Assembly: GCF_009914755.1 (NCBI RefSeq)
Contig: NC_060927.1
Direction: 5' to 3' (one strand)
From: the human T2T-CHM13v2.0 reference genome, Homo sapiens
Length of the DNA: 64,000 nucleotides
This document shows positions 1-13,263 of the stretch, in pieces. A program made the translations under genes and the position numbers. The notes below the pieces were generated by a model. The model saw only the letters and a program-made list of their open reading frames with translations, ran no database searches and had not been told where the DNA came from. Numbering within the stretch: position 1 is the stretch's first letter; the number at the start of each line of letters is the position of its first letter.

Positions 1-311
1 TGTCATGAATGCCATTGAGCTGCTGAATTAATAATACTCTAGGTCAAACTATCTCCTAACATCTGGTTAACTGAGATTATACATTTATTGTTCCTCTATT
101 AATTGGAGATGGTGTTGCAGATAGCATTCATTGTCTATGAGGAAGAAATACCAGTTCTTTGGGAGAACCAGTTTCTCTAGTAATTAACAGAAAATTTTCT
201 TAAAGTCATTTTCATGTATAATTTCATAGGAGAAGCAATAAGAATTGGGATGTACCATCTCTCAAACAATATTCTTGTAGCAAATATAAAAATAGACTTC
301 ACAAGAATTTT

Positions 312-1446
312 TTTTTCGTTAGACTTTTAAGTTCAGGGGTACAAGTGCAGGTTTGTTATACAGGTAAATTGTGTATCATGGGGGTTTGGTATACAGATTA
401 TTTGATAAGCATAGTATCCAATAGGTAGTTTTTTTATCCTCACTCTACTCCTGCCCTCCACCCTCAAGTAGATCCCAACGTCTATTGTTCTCTTCTGTGT
501 GTCCATGTGTACTCGATATTTAGCTCCCACTTATAAGTGAGAACATGTGGCATTGGGTTTTCTGTTCCTGAGTTAGTTTGCATAGGATAATGGCCTCCAG
601 CTCCATCCATGTTGCTGCAAAGGACATGATCTCATTCTTTTTTATGACTGCATAGTATTCCATAGTGTATATGTACCACTTTTATTTATCCACTCTACCA
701 TTGACGGACATTTAGGTTGATTCCATGTCTTTGGTATTGTGAATAGTATTGCAATGAATATACATATGCATGTGTATTTATGATAGAATGATTTATATTC
801 CTTTGGGTATATACCCAATAATGGGATTGCTGGGTCAAATGGTAGTTCTGTTTTTAGTTCTTTGAGAAATTGCCAAACTGACTTCCACAGTGGCTGAACT
901 AATTTACATTTCCACCAGCAGTGTATAAGCATCCCTTCTTCTCTGCAGCCTTACTACTATCTGTTTATCTTTTGACTTTGTAATAATGGCGATTCTCACT
1001 GGTGTGAGATGGTATCTCACTGTGGTTTTGACTTGCAATTCTCTAACGATTAGTGATGTTGAGCATTTTTGCATATGTTTGTTTGTTACTTGTATGTCTT
1101 CTTTTGAAAAGTGTTCATGTCTTTTGCCCACTTTCTAATAAGATTGTTTGTTCTTTGCTTATTTGTTTAAGTTCCTTGTAGATTCTGTATATTAGATTTT
1201 TGTCAGATGCATAATTTGCATGTATCTTCTCCCATTCTGTTAAGTTGTCTATGTACTCTATTGATAGTTCTTTTGCTGTCCAGAAGCTCTTTAGTTTAAT
1301 TAGGCGCCAATTGTCAATTTTTGTTTTGTTGCAATTGCTTTTGGTGTCTTTGTCATGAAATCTTTGCCAGGGCCTAGGTCCAGAATGGTATTTTCTAGGT
1401 TGTCTTCTAGGGATTTTTTAGTTTTGAGTTTTACATTTAAGTCTTT
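312..1446 (-). mobile_element. 5'-truncated LINE-1 (L1PA15-like), 3' UTR plus end of ORF2
   Basis: Reverse-strand L1 3' end (ttttaagttcaggggtacaagtgcaggtttgtta...). ORF2 C-terminal peptides appear in the ORF track (HCWWKCKLVQPLWK, ELPFDPAIPLLGIYP). TSD cacaagaatttt (300-311) / cataagaatttt (1447-1458). Confidence 0.93.
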
Positions 1447-1714
1447 CATAAGAATTTTATGAGGACATAGCACCAAAAAGCAACTCAAAGAGAGCTAACT
1501 CTCAAGGGTAAACAACCTGGACAAATGTCTATAGTTTTTTGCTGATCTGAATTTATTTCAAAATAAATTCTAGTCTATCTAGAAGACTTTTCCCCAAAGA
1601 ATGCATCAGAGGTTAAAATACTAATAGTAGATATTCTGGGAAAAAATAAAAAGGAAGAGGAAGTATAGCAGGAAGGGTATGGATGAAAAAAAAAGGAGAA
1701 AGAATACAGAATGG

Positions 1715-1860
1715 TTAAGTAAGTTTAAGAAATGCTGGGATAGCAATCTTAAACAATTCCTCAAAGGTTCTTAGTATGCTAATATGCATTAAGAATGTCC
1801 AAGAGGAGTACAGAACATGTAGCGTTTCCTAAATTAATCTGACCATAGAGCCCTTTATCA
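1715..1860. mobile_element. Old hAT-Charlie-type DNA transposon remnant
   Basis: Resembles a Charlie/MER non-autonomous element (tatgctaatatgcatt...gcgtttcctaaattaatctgaccatagagccc). Family not certain. Confidence 0.45.
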
Positions 1861-2829
1861 TATAGAATATAAAAGAAATGATATTCTATATATTCTTCTA
1901 TAGAGATCACACTAAAGGAAACTCTGAGCAATTAATACACAGAATATCTTCAAAATTACCACAGGTATCTTGGCTGCACACTACGCTTTTGACAAATATA
2001 GCCAGCAGTGCCAGGGTCGAGTTTCCTATGTCCCTTATCAAGTGCTGTCTGAGGGAGGCCTTCTGTAATTTAGACATTATTTAGGTACAGAGTGCTGTTG
2101 ATATCCATTTTATGGAAAAGGAGAAGCCTGCTGGAAACTCTGCTGGAGTTGATCATCCCACCGACGCTTGGCCCTGGACCCGGAAGATTGGCAGTGAAAT
2201 AAATTAATCAATGTTTATTACTTCTTACCCATGGTTTTACCTCCAGTGATCAATGTTTGCTCAGATTTTACTGATGAGAAACTTGGGGTTCTGTAATTTT
2301 TTCTTCTGCAGCAAGAATAGAACTAGTACTACTTTATTTGTTAATATCATCTAGTAGATGAATGTTATAAACTGGAAAATACATTCTGAGAGAAACTTCC
2401 AACAAACTATTATCATATCATTAAATAGAAACTAACTCAGTAACATACTGGGAAAGAAGAAAAAATAAATAAAAACTTATCTTTGAAATCCTAGACAAAT
2501 CTGAAAATGAAATAAAAGCCTTAAATAGTCAAGCAGATAATTTAATTTAGAATGTTAACATGATTCCCTTTGTATCCCAACGAGCCTTACACTCCTTTAA
2601 TGTGAGTTGATTAAAAAGCAATCTATTATTAAATCGAGACTAGTTAGAGAGAGATTAGTTACCATGAATATATTATAAATATGATATTTATACAGAGCTA
2701 CAATTCCTTATCAATTTTCTTAGAAGGCTCTTCTTTTATGAATTCATCCAAGAAAAAATTAATCTATTGTTTTCCCTCCTCAGTTCCCCATCAAATTCTA
2801 ACCTTGCTCATAGGTCAGGATTGTTCCAA

Positions 2830-2945
2830 TTGATAAGTGTTGATAAAGCACATACTTAGTACATTCCAGATGCTGGAAGTGCAAAGCTGAAGAAGGCATG
2901 GTCCTTGACTTTAACAAGCTCAGAGCCTGCTAGAGACTGATGGGT
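2830..2945 (-). mobile_element. L2 fragment
   Basis: Degenerate L2 3' region (gaagaaggcatggtccttgactttaacaagctcagagcct). Confidence 0.5.
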
Positions 2946-3849
2946 ACTTAGCTATACACAATCATAATGAAAACAGAGTGGAAAACACATATTAGTAAAT
3001 ATTAATCAATAGCAGTTGACTCAGAGGAGTTGGTTCTTACAATTTATGTAACATTCACTTTGAGTAATGAAGCTAATACTCAGACATTGCATCTACAGAA
3101 CACTGAGCCAACCAGCTAACTAGCCAATTTGATCATTTGCATCAAATAACTGTTCAAATTCAATGATTTTGATGCTGTCATGTGCAGTCACATTTGTCAA
3201 TCAAAATAATATTCAACCTGACAAATAGATATTGAGTGTGTACTATATTTAAACCATGTGTTCTGGGAGTGGGGGTGGAAGAACAGTAAGAGAAGATAAA
3301 GGAAGGAAGAAAGAATACAAAGTGAAAGAAGTGTTTGGGGCTTGAGAAACTTCTAAAAACAGAGGGAGAGATTAACTTGTAAGTAGTTAATTATAAAAGA
3401 AGACCAAATCAAAGGGACAAAGAAAACAGTAGTATGGGAACAGAACAGAAAACAAGATGGGGGAGAGGATATTGGGAAAATTGTATAGGGTAAGTAGCAT
3501 TTTGACTAAGCATTGAAAAAAAGAGTATGACTTTATTACACATTAAATAGAAATCTGTCCACCTTCCAGCTTTAAGCTTTAATCTTATATTCCTAAAACT
3601 CACCTTTGCCATTATTCTTGGAAGTCATCATTCTTGTTCCACTGACTATGTCTTAAATTTATGGCACTTAGGTACTTAGAAGGTTATCAGGAAATAACTT
3701 GCTTTTAATACCAACTTTTTCAGGTTATAATGGGATATGGGGAAAATCCACTTGTCATGAGGGTTATTTGACTCCAAATTTATGTCAGTTCATAGAGGCT
3801 TAGATCACAAACTCATTCTATGTAGCTTGAAAAATAGAATCCATATATC

Positions 3850-4030
3850 AAATGTTATAGCTGAGAAGTACACAAGCCATCATATAAACAAAATATCTTG
3901 AATTTAGAAATGTGAAAACCAGAAGCCTAAAGAAGTTAAAGGAATTGCTGAAGGTCACGTTGAAATTTTTGTAGTAGAAATGACACTTGAAATTGGGACT
4001 ACATTTGAGCAAGCTGTTTTCTCTCCATCA
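3850..4030 (-). mobile_element. MIR (MIR3/MIRc-like)
   Basis: Core-like segment aatgtgaaaaccagaagcctaaagaagttaaaggaattgctgaaggtcac. Confidence 0.55.
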
Positions 4031-5032
4031 CACCCACCTTCCTTGATTTACTTGGATTGCCACTGGCTAAAAAATTTCCAATCACCAAACCACCTGGCTC
4101 CGTGAGAAGAGCTTTGTTTGGGTGCCTTTACTGACACTCTATATCTAGGAATTATTGTTAATGTGATAAAGCAAGAGCTCATGTCTTTCACTGGAAACTT
4201 TCCACATAAATCCCAAAATGGTTTTCAATGGTACCCTTGCTGTCTTCTTTCAACCACAACTTATGTATATTTTCCTGTCAAAAGGAATATGCTTTATGCA
4301 CGAATTAGCATCTGTCTTGTTCATGCTGAATCTGTGTAATCAGTGTACTAATGAGAGAAATTACTCATAATCTTTGCCTTATGTTTTTTTCAATTTGATA
4401 AATTAAAAAGCAATGCCAAATTGCAGTTATGAAGATACAGCTGAGAAGTATGTTTAACTGCTGCAGCATCATACGGTCTTTATGGGAAGAAAAGCCGCAT
4501 CTGCTTCTTCCGTAAGCTTGTTTGAGGAATGATTATACTCATGAGAGAAACACTAGTTCATGAATTCATGCAATTTTATGAACCAAACCAAACAAAACAA
4601 AAAGCCAATCAGCATGTCCTTGAAAAGAAATGATTTTTAGTTTCTGCAGTCTGTGTTGTATTCTTTGAAGAGCGGGCCAGATGATCCTAATTTCAAACTA
4701 TTTAGTCCATTTTCTGCTTAATTAATATGCTTAAATATTAACAGTATCCCAAGGGCTTTCTACAGAGAAGTTGCAATATTGTATCATTGGATTCCTATGT
4801 TTAGGTTTATAATTCTCATTTAATTTTACCATGCAATAAAAACATTTATGCCCTGACATATTAAAGTACAGTACTGATGTGGAGAAAATTCACTGAGAGA
4901 TGACTTTGTAACTGTGAATAGTATTATAATTGTTTCCATAAATATTATGTAATCATTTTTATTGCTAGGGATATATCTGTAAGTCCAGTGAGAGAAGACA
5001 GGCGAGCCTCTGGTAGAAAGCATAAGAAGCCA

Positions 5033-5885
<853 letters not shown>

Positions 5886-6012
5886 CAACTAAGACTGTAT
5901 AGAACTCATTCGTTTTAAGTGTCATTTTTTAGCTTTCAAAACAAGGCTTTCCTGGATATGTAAAACAGAAAAGAAGGGCATCAGCTCTGACCCACTGCCC
6001 AGTATACATCTG

Positions 6013-6120
6013 AGAAAGAAAAAGAGAAAAAATATCAAAGAAAGAAATAAAGAAGTAAAAGAAGGAAGAGGAGGAGGAGGAGGAGCAGGAGGAGGTGGCG
6101 GAGGAAAGCAAGGAGAGAGA
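6013..6120 (+). repeat. GA-rich low complexity / (GGA)n
   Basis: Direct reading: gaggaggaggaggaggagcaggaggagg within an A/G-rich tract. Confidence 0.85.
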
Positions 6121-7307
6121 TCAATCAGGCTTACCTGGCCCTATGGAAAATGGAATTTGGATAAAACAACTATGAGATTTAGCCTCTTTTGTATACTTAT
6201 CTGGAGAAATACATGGAGAGTCTTTAACTGATTTGCTTCATGAAGGCCACAAAAGAAATTCATTGAGATAGACTGAATCTTCACTATACCTTAAGAGCTA
6301 TATAAAAATATTTGCATATAACTTTAGAATGATTCTATATAAAGAAATTATAAATATTAATCTATACCTTGAAATGAATTTCTAGATCCTCCTCACTAGC
6401 TCACTAACAAAGTGATTTGGTCTGCTCTGGCCAGAACAGATTTTTTTTTCCTTGTCTTATTAGCTTCTGCTCCTCAGCTTCCCATTGTCTTACACTTGCA
6501 AGCAACCCTGGACTGTTAACAGTCACTTCCTTCTTCTAACCATCTATGATTACACTTGCTTCAAGATCACTTTAGCCTGCTGCTAGTTACTTACTACTGG
6601 AGAATGGCTTCTCTTCTGATATGTGTGATTCTAAAGCTCTCTGTTTCTCCATCATGTTCATGGCCAGATGCCTCATGTGTAGCTCATGCAATGGGTCTGG
6701 AGGGAATAGCTAGTCCTTTTGGCTGGAAGAGTAATTGGGATCAACTCTAGGTTGACGATTTACCTCTTCCTTAAGAATGGATTCCATGACACTCCATGTA
6801 TACCTCTATTAAATATCTTTTCCAGCTGTCTCTTTCACCTTTAACATGACCATCATCATCCTCACCAAGACAACCCAGACAGCCGAAGTGGATTCCTGAA
6901 CTTGGCAGATTCTGAGTCTGTGTGATGATAAGAAACAAACAGGAGACCAATACTTAAAACGCAACTTGCAATCTGGGTGTAAGAAATTCAAAAGGGTAGA
7001 GGCAAGGAAACAAGGCAGGAATAGTCCACATTTGTAAATAATGGAATTTGCAAAATAATGAGAATTGTCATTTCAGTGTTTCTGAAAAGCCATTTCAAAT
7101 AAAATTTTTACTTTATCTTAATTGACTTGTTCAATAACATCTTATTGAACAAAATATTTCAACAAACTGTATATCAATTGAATAAAAACTCAGCTTTTTC
7201 ACCATGGGTAAAAGATGTGAGTTTTCATATTGTCCTATTATTTTAGCTGGAATTTAAGACAATAAAGTCTACTTGTTTAAAAGGAGAAAAGTAAAAGCAG
7301 CTGCCCT

Positions 7308-7525
7308 CCATTGAGGGCTTACAGTACACCAAGCACCACACTAATATTTTAATATATTATCTTACTTTGTCTTACAATGATATATGTGGTAACAGTAACT
7401 ACTCTCATTATATAGATGTGGAAACTGAGGCATTAAAAGATTAAGTAAAATGCCCATGATGATAAACTTCTTAAGGAGCACATCTAAGCTTTACACCTGG
7501 GCTGTCTGATTCCAAAAGACATGCT
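7308..7525 (-). mobile_element. MIR
   Basis: MIR core tagatgtggaaactgaggcattaaaagattaagtaaaatgccc and 5' part ctgtctgattccaaa. Confidence 0.8.
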
Positions 7526-8151
7526 AATAATTATAAACTATACAAAAGATAGAAATGGGGAGTTCAGAAAGCTGGCTTCCACCTAAAGTAAATGTCCACA
7601 TTTAGGCTGTAGCTCTTTCATAGCACCAGGCACTTTGATATTCTTAGGTGAACTTGAGGTGCTCTCTGTTTGCCATACATCTCCCTTTACAGTCAACTCA
7701 CTGGTTGAGGCAAACTGTCCAACGTGAATGATGTCTTTCCATCCAGTCCAGCATGTTGCCAAGCATACTATGGGATACTGGCAAAACTGGAGGAAACTGA
7801 ACTATGCAGTGAATTCCTCAGTCTGTGGACTTTCAGATAAAATGTGTTTGCCCAGAGAGCTCTGTGTTCTGTCACTTGTTTGTTCATGCTGGAATCGGGG
7901 TGGGTGCCCTACAATGCAGGCTGCAAAACAACAGATGATGCTGTGCTGGTCACTATGGAAACCAGACTTCTGAAAGGAAAGAATCCACTCTTGGCACTGC
8001 TACATGAGTACACTTTCAACAATTGACTATCTTTCCATCGTAGAGGTCTGATTTCCTGACATTTCTTGAAGAAACCCAGTTTTAAAAATCAATTGTCCAG
8101 CGTGTGCTTAATGTGCAGTTTTAAAGCATGTTTGGTGTATTTTTAACTGCT

Positions 8152-8310
8152 TGTATAGCAGAATAATGGATACCTAAAGATTTCTATCTCTTAATTCTAG
8201 AACCATCTAGAATCCATCTATATAGATATATAGATGGATATGTAGATGTATATATCTATATATCTATATGGATATATAGATATATCTATGTGATATAGAA
8301 TATGCTACTG
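8152..8310 (+). mobile_element. MLT1D-like LTR 5' fragment interrupted by a TA-rich tract (about 8205-8297)
   Basis: gcagaataatggatacctaaagat...taattctagaacc ... gaatatgctac matches the start of MLT1D. Confidence 0.55.
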
Positions 8311-8561
8311 TGTTCCCAGGATATTGGGGAGTATTTTACAATTCATAACAGAAAGCCAAGAAGACTCATGTTAGAAATTAGTATATCCCAAAGTATTAAA
8401 ATTAAACTAATATTAAATTTTTCTATTATCCGATAAACAATTTTTGAGTGCCCATCACATTTAAGACACTGCCCTATGTGCAATGGAGTATAAACATATG
8501 TTTCTCCTATTTCTTAAGGAATTAATAATTCCTCAAAAAATAATAATCTACAACAGGATAT

Positions 8562-8594
8562 ACACACACACACACACACACACACATGCACACA
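8562..8594 (+). repeat. (CA)n microsatellite
   Basis: Direct reading. Confidence 0.95.
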
Positions 8595-8849
8595 TCTATA
8601 TTACGAGGTAAAAGGTGGTAAGAGAGATATAAAGATACAGATAAAGAGTGACAATGGCAAAGAGAAGCTACAATGCCTGAACAACTATACTGGCTACATG
8701 TAGCCATATTTCAAGGACCATTTCTAATCCTCATTCTGCAGATATGTACAATATATTCCCTATTTTAAGACTAAGAAAATCAGACTCAGAAAAGTGAATT
8801 ACCCAAGGCCTACTGGCTAGGTTTTGATGCTGACAAATTGCTTATGGAA

Positions 8850-8873
8850 AAACAACAACAACAACAACAACAA
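8850..8873 (+). repeat. (CAA)n microsatellite
   Basis: Direct reading. Confidence 0.9.
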
Positions 8874-8929
8874 AGGCTTGTTTTGTTTTGATAACCCCAG
8901 GTCGGAGCTACGTACCTGGTATTAATTCT

Positions 8930-9113
8930 CAGTGTTTTACATCTTTATAAAAATGTATGAAGTAGGTTGTTCTTATTATATTATTCTTATGTTCCAGGTG
9001 AGGAAACAGAGGCACAGAGAGGTTAAGCATCCTCCCCAAAGTCACACACTTAGTGAGTGGAAGGGCCATGACTTAAACCCAGGCATCCTGACTCTAGAGT
9101 CCATTGCTTAACC
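8930..9113 (-). mobile_element. MIR
   Basis: caggtgaggaaacagaggcacagagaggttaag...aaagtcacacac...aacccaggcatcctgactctagag. Confidence 0.88.
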
Positions 9114-10324
9114 AGTTTTCACACAAATGCTTCTTTAGCAATTGCTCTCTCAATGAATACTGAAGGTTTTCTTATAAACCTGTTTTAAACTGAAGCTTAA
9201 TGCACTGCCTGATAGGAAACCACAGAACTTGTCATTTTTATGGATGTGAATTAATATGATTATATTTTCTTTGGGGAGTGTTCAAACAGAAAATAACCTT
9301 TAGTGAAGTAGTAAAGAATAATTTTTATATTTGTGACAAGCACCTGAGGCTCGGTGTGCCTCCTGCTGTAACTTCAGTGGAAAGATCTCAAGGCTTAAGC
9401 CATTTATTCTAAAGTTCCTGAGGGTTAGAGAACTCTCTCATTAATTTTCTTGGTGTTGTATAAATATTACATGAAACTGGTTGCATGCTTTAATTATAAC
9501 CTATTAAACAAAGCCATTTTCCATGTGCTTCTTCCCTTTTTCATTTGGCTCTTACATTCCTTTGAATTGCCCTCCAAACACATCTCCAGAGAATTGGACA
9601 GTTGACTAAATGACAGAATATGTGAAGAAAAATTTGAAGTGAGAAATTCTCCAGGTGTCTGTTTCTCCACTTCAGAGCAGCATTATTTTCATCTGTTTGC
9701 ATTTCCCAGCCTTGTTAGGTGTCACAGTGTTTTTGGCAAAGTAATAATAGAATTTTTCTGGAGGAACTGGGGGAAAGGAACACATACAGCAATTTGTGAT
9801 GAGCTGTTTTTCAGTGAAGTGTGACAATGGCATAGCCCTGCCTTTCTGTAAGCCCAGACTCATCTTGGGGATTTGGCATGAGGTTGTTTCACAATTATTT
9901 CTTTTCTTAGAATGGGAGAAATTCAAATATTTTATTCTCAACTTAATCTAAAGTTTTGTACTGGAAGCTGTGAGTCTTACTCTCAACTTCTCATTTGCTA
10001 CGAAATAATAAAATGGAGATGGTAAGCCACTATGATTGGGTAGAATGAGGACAGATGCATAGTCACCTATGGGCTAGCCTCTTGGCACCCATATTCTTAT
10101 TTCATCCTCAAATAATCTCAATTTGTAGGTAAGGAAATTTAAACTCACAGCAACTAAGAAATTTGCCCAAGTTCACATTGGCAGTGATCAAAGTCCCATC
10201 AATCTGATTTATCTTAAAATGCAAACACATTCAAAAGCTATACAAAAATATTTTCTTTCTTTATATCACTATACTATAAGTTTTTTTCTATTAAAAAGTT
10301 GTTTTTTAATAGAAATCACTGTCC

Positions 10325-10372
10325 CCTATGTGATCCGTCATTGACCGAAATGTTGTATGGCTCATGGCTGTT
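10325..10372. mobile_element. Tigger3/MER7-type terminal fragment
   Basis: gtgatccgtcattgaccgaaatgttgtatggctcatggctg resembles the Tigger3 terminus. Confidence 0.55.
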
Positions 10373-11002
10373 TACTTGTGTGAGGGAGAATTGTTTGTAA
10401 ACTGCTAAATACATCAAGTTGCAGAGATATACTTATCAGTTATCTTTGTAGTACCACATGAAAAGTAATTTAAGAATACTACAAAGAAGAAATTGTGTTA
10501 CCCATGCTCATGCCTAGGGGTTCATGCCAGAAACATGAGACCATAGACAAAAGGTAACAAGACAAATTTCCACTGGTAAAGATAGACTGTCTGGATTTGC
10601 ACTGATTCAGGAGTTTGGGTAGAAGTAGGCCTGGAGATTGACAGTTCCCAGAATCTGCAACATGGTGGAGGATAAGCGGAGGGGAGCAAGGCTGAATCAC
10701 AGGGATGCAGCAGCCCCTGCCACAGAAACGCAGCATATTTTTTCTAGGTTCCCCCATCCCGCCCGGAAAAGAAAAAGAAAAGAAAATTAAAAAAAAAATT
10801 TTAAAAAGTGCCATCTTCCTGAGGACTGTCACAATTTATATTCTAAGTAGTTCATAGGTCTGCCTATTTTACTAAATTCTAACAAACCTTAAAAAATTGC
10901 TCTCTTATTAAAGAATTATTTTTCCAGAATTCTTATCAAGCTAATACTAAAATTAAAAGGTAACAGTGACATATTTCTCTGATGAATTAAGAAACTAACT
11001 GG

Positions 11003-11137
11003 TGCTGGGCATGGTGGGGTATGCTTGTAATGGCAACTACTCCAGTGGCTGAGGTTGGAGGATCGTTGAGCCTGAGAGTTCTAGGCTAGCCTGGGCAACA
11101 TAGCAAGACACCATCTCTATTTTTTTTTAAAAAAAGA
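11003..11137 (+). mobile_element. Free Alu monomer (FLAM-like)
   Basis: Single 7SL-derived arm gctgggcatggtgg...cctgggcaacatagcaagacaccatctct with a degenerate tail. Confidence 0.85.
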
Positions 11138-11349
11138 AAGAAACAAATTAACTAGTCTGAGATCTCAAAGACTTGAGCAAGCAAGAGATCAAAAAATAAC
11201 TAAATAATAAATCTTGATAACCAGCCTAACACTACAGACAAAAGTAAAGTTGAGGCTGCTAGGACTATCATTTATGCTTTAGAAGTTTTCTGAAAATAAG
11301 AAAGGAAAGAAAAAAATCAGGATTCATTATAACATTTCTACTTAGCTTT

Positions 11350-11600
11350 GGAAGCACCCCTGAGAGTACTAAAGGCACCTTCTTAAAAACACAGATTTTA
11401 AGGCATAACCTCAAAGATTCTGATTTCAATAGGCCTAGGTTTGAGGCCAGGGATCTATATTTTTAATAAGATCCCAGGTGATTCTGAGACAGGCAGTTTT
11501 CAGAGCACATGTTGAGGAATGCTGGCCCCTAGCCTCAACTCTGGCTATACATTGAATCAACAGGGGAGCTTTTAAAATCTCAAATGGCCAAGAGCCACCG
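11350..11600. mobile_element. MER5B/MER5A (hAT-Charlie) fragments
   Basis: agattctgatttcaataggcctagg...tttttaataagatcccaggtgattctga, then ggctatacattgaatcaacaggggagcttttaaaa. Confidence 0.75.
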
Positions 11601-13019
11601 ATGAAGGGATTTGCAAAGTGTTGAGAAGATTGTGAACATTAAACGAATTTTAAAACCTTATGAGAGGATTTTGAAGCATTAGGAATCTTGAAATGGATTC
11701 TACAATACTTAGATTTCAGTTATTAGAGAGGTGTGTTAAACATAAATTTTAGAAAACCAGATATTACGACACACTCTACTTTTTATTTTACTAAAACAAG
11801 AAAAGAAATAGAGTAAACTCCACAGACTATTCTTGAAAAAGATAATAAAATCAGGTTTTATGAGAAGTTCTTCACTAAAATACAAAATAAATAATAAATA
11901 AATAAAATGTTACTGCTTTCCCAGTAGAGTCTCTTTGTACAATTAGGATGAAATTTTTTATTGTTGTTTTTGAGTTATATGTACCTGAATTTGGAACTGT
12001 GAAAAGGTTTTAATTGTGAGAACAAGTATTTATGCCTCTTTTCTAGTATTATAATTAGTGATTTGTTTACTTAATTATTTTAGCGACTTATCTTGAGAAG
12101 GCTTAACTCTTCGAGGTTCAAACCTACTTTATTAGGAGTCATCTTTTAGATAATCCATAAAACATTGACAAGTAATTTTTATAAATTACAAAAATTGGTT
12201 CTACCACTATCAGTTGTTCCAAAGGCTAATGACAGGCTTATCATTTCTCCCCAAGTTTCATTAGGCAGATATTGTCAGAAAGGTATTTACCATCAGTGAC
12301 ATGTTTGCAAAATCAATAGTGGTAATGAGGAACTGCTCTCTTTTGGAAATGGAAGTGAAATATGGCTGTCATTTTATTTGTCACATGCCTTGAATCAGTG
12401 ATCTGGGTCTTTCTGAACTAGCCAGCTGTGTTATTGGTCACCCACAGGCAGGCAGAGAATTTGGTAAATGATAGCAAGCTACATAGATTAAGGTGATGGA
12501 CAAGTAGGTAAGAATTTCTGGATGCTTCTAGAAAACAATAAAATCGATGACCACAGGATAGGAAAAGGGTTAGTTGAAGTAGGATGTGTTGAGTGGTAAA
12601 AAATAAAGTTTTGGCAGCCACATGCCACTTTATTTTTATTTTCAAAAATAAATTTAAAGATAGAGCATTTGAATATGTAGGACAGTGAATCCACTAAGAG
12701 GATTTGGAATTGAAACTAGTTATTCCTATATTTAATTGCTCCATAAAGCCCCAAATGTTTTTGGCTTGACTTTGATTTGCACTAATCTAGGTCCCTCTAG
12801 TTCTGCTCAGTGAATTTAAGATCACGACTTATTAAATAAAAACCTGATAACTTAAAGGAGATGATAAATCTCAACTAGGTAAGCATTAACCTACATATTT
12901 ATAAGCTCAAAACAGAAAGCATGTATTTTCATATTCGGTGATTTCAAATCACTTTCTCATTAAAAAGCAAAAACACAACAAAAGTGTTGCATTTACAGGG
13001 AATTGTCTTGATTGGTTTG

Positions 13020-13150
13020 GAGCCTTATTGTATCTGAGTACCCCAGAATGCAAGGCAGGAACTTTATTATTTTACAGCTTTGTTATTGTTGTTCTAAGAT
13101 ATGCTACCTCATAGTAGGCACTCAATAAATACTTGCTGAATGGATGGATG
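13020..13150 (+). mobile_element. L2 3' end
   Basis: catagtaggcactcaataaatacttgctgaatggatggatg. Confidence 0.8.
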
Positions 13151-13206
13151 TTTATCTACAGAGAAACAGACTCTAATGACAAGATTTACTACATTTTAAC
13201 AATATG

Positions 13207-13210
<4 letters not shown>

Positions 13211-13260
<50 letters not shown>
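13211..13260 (+). repeat. Perfect (TA)25 microsatellite
   Basis: Direct reading. Confidence 0.98.

Positions 13261-13263
<3 letters not shown>

Noticed and set aside
10479-10832. 117-aa minus-strand ORF in a mildly GC-rich patch
   Set aside because: Non-ATG start, low-complexity N-terminus from an A-tract, no recognisable domain; too few CpGs for a CpG island.
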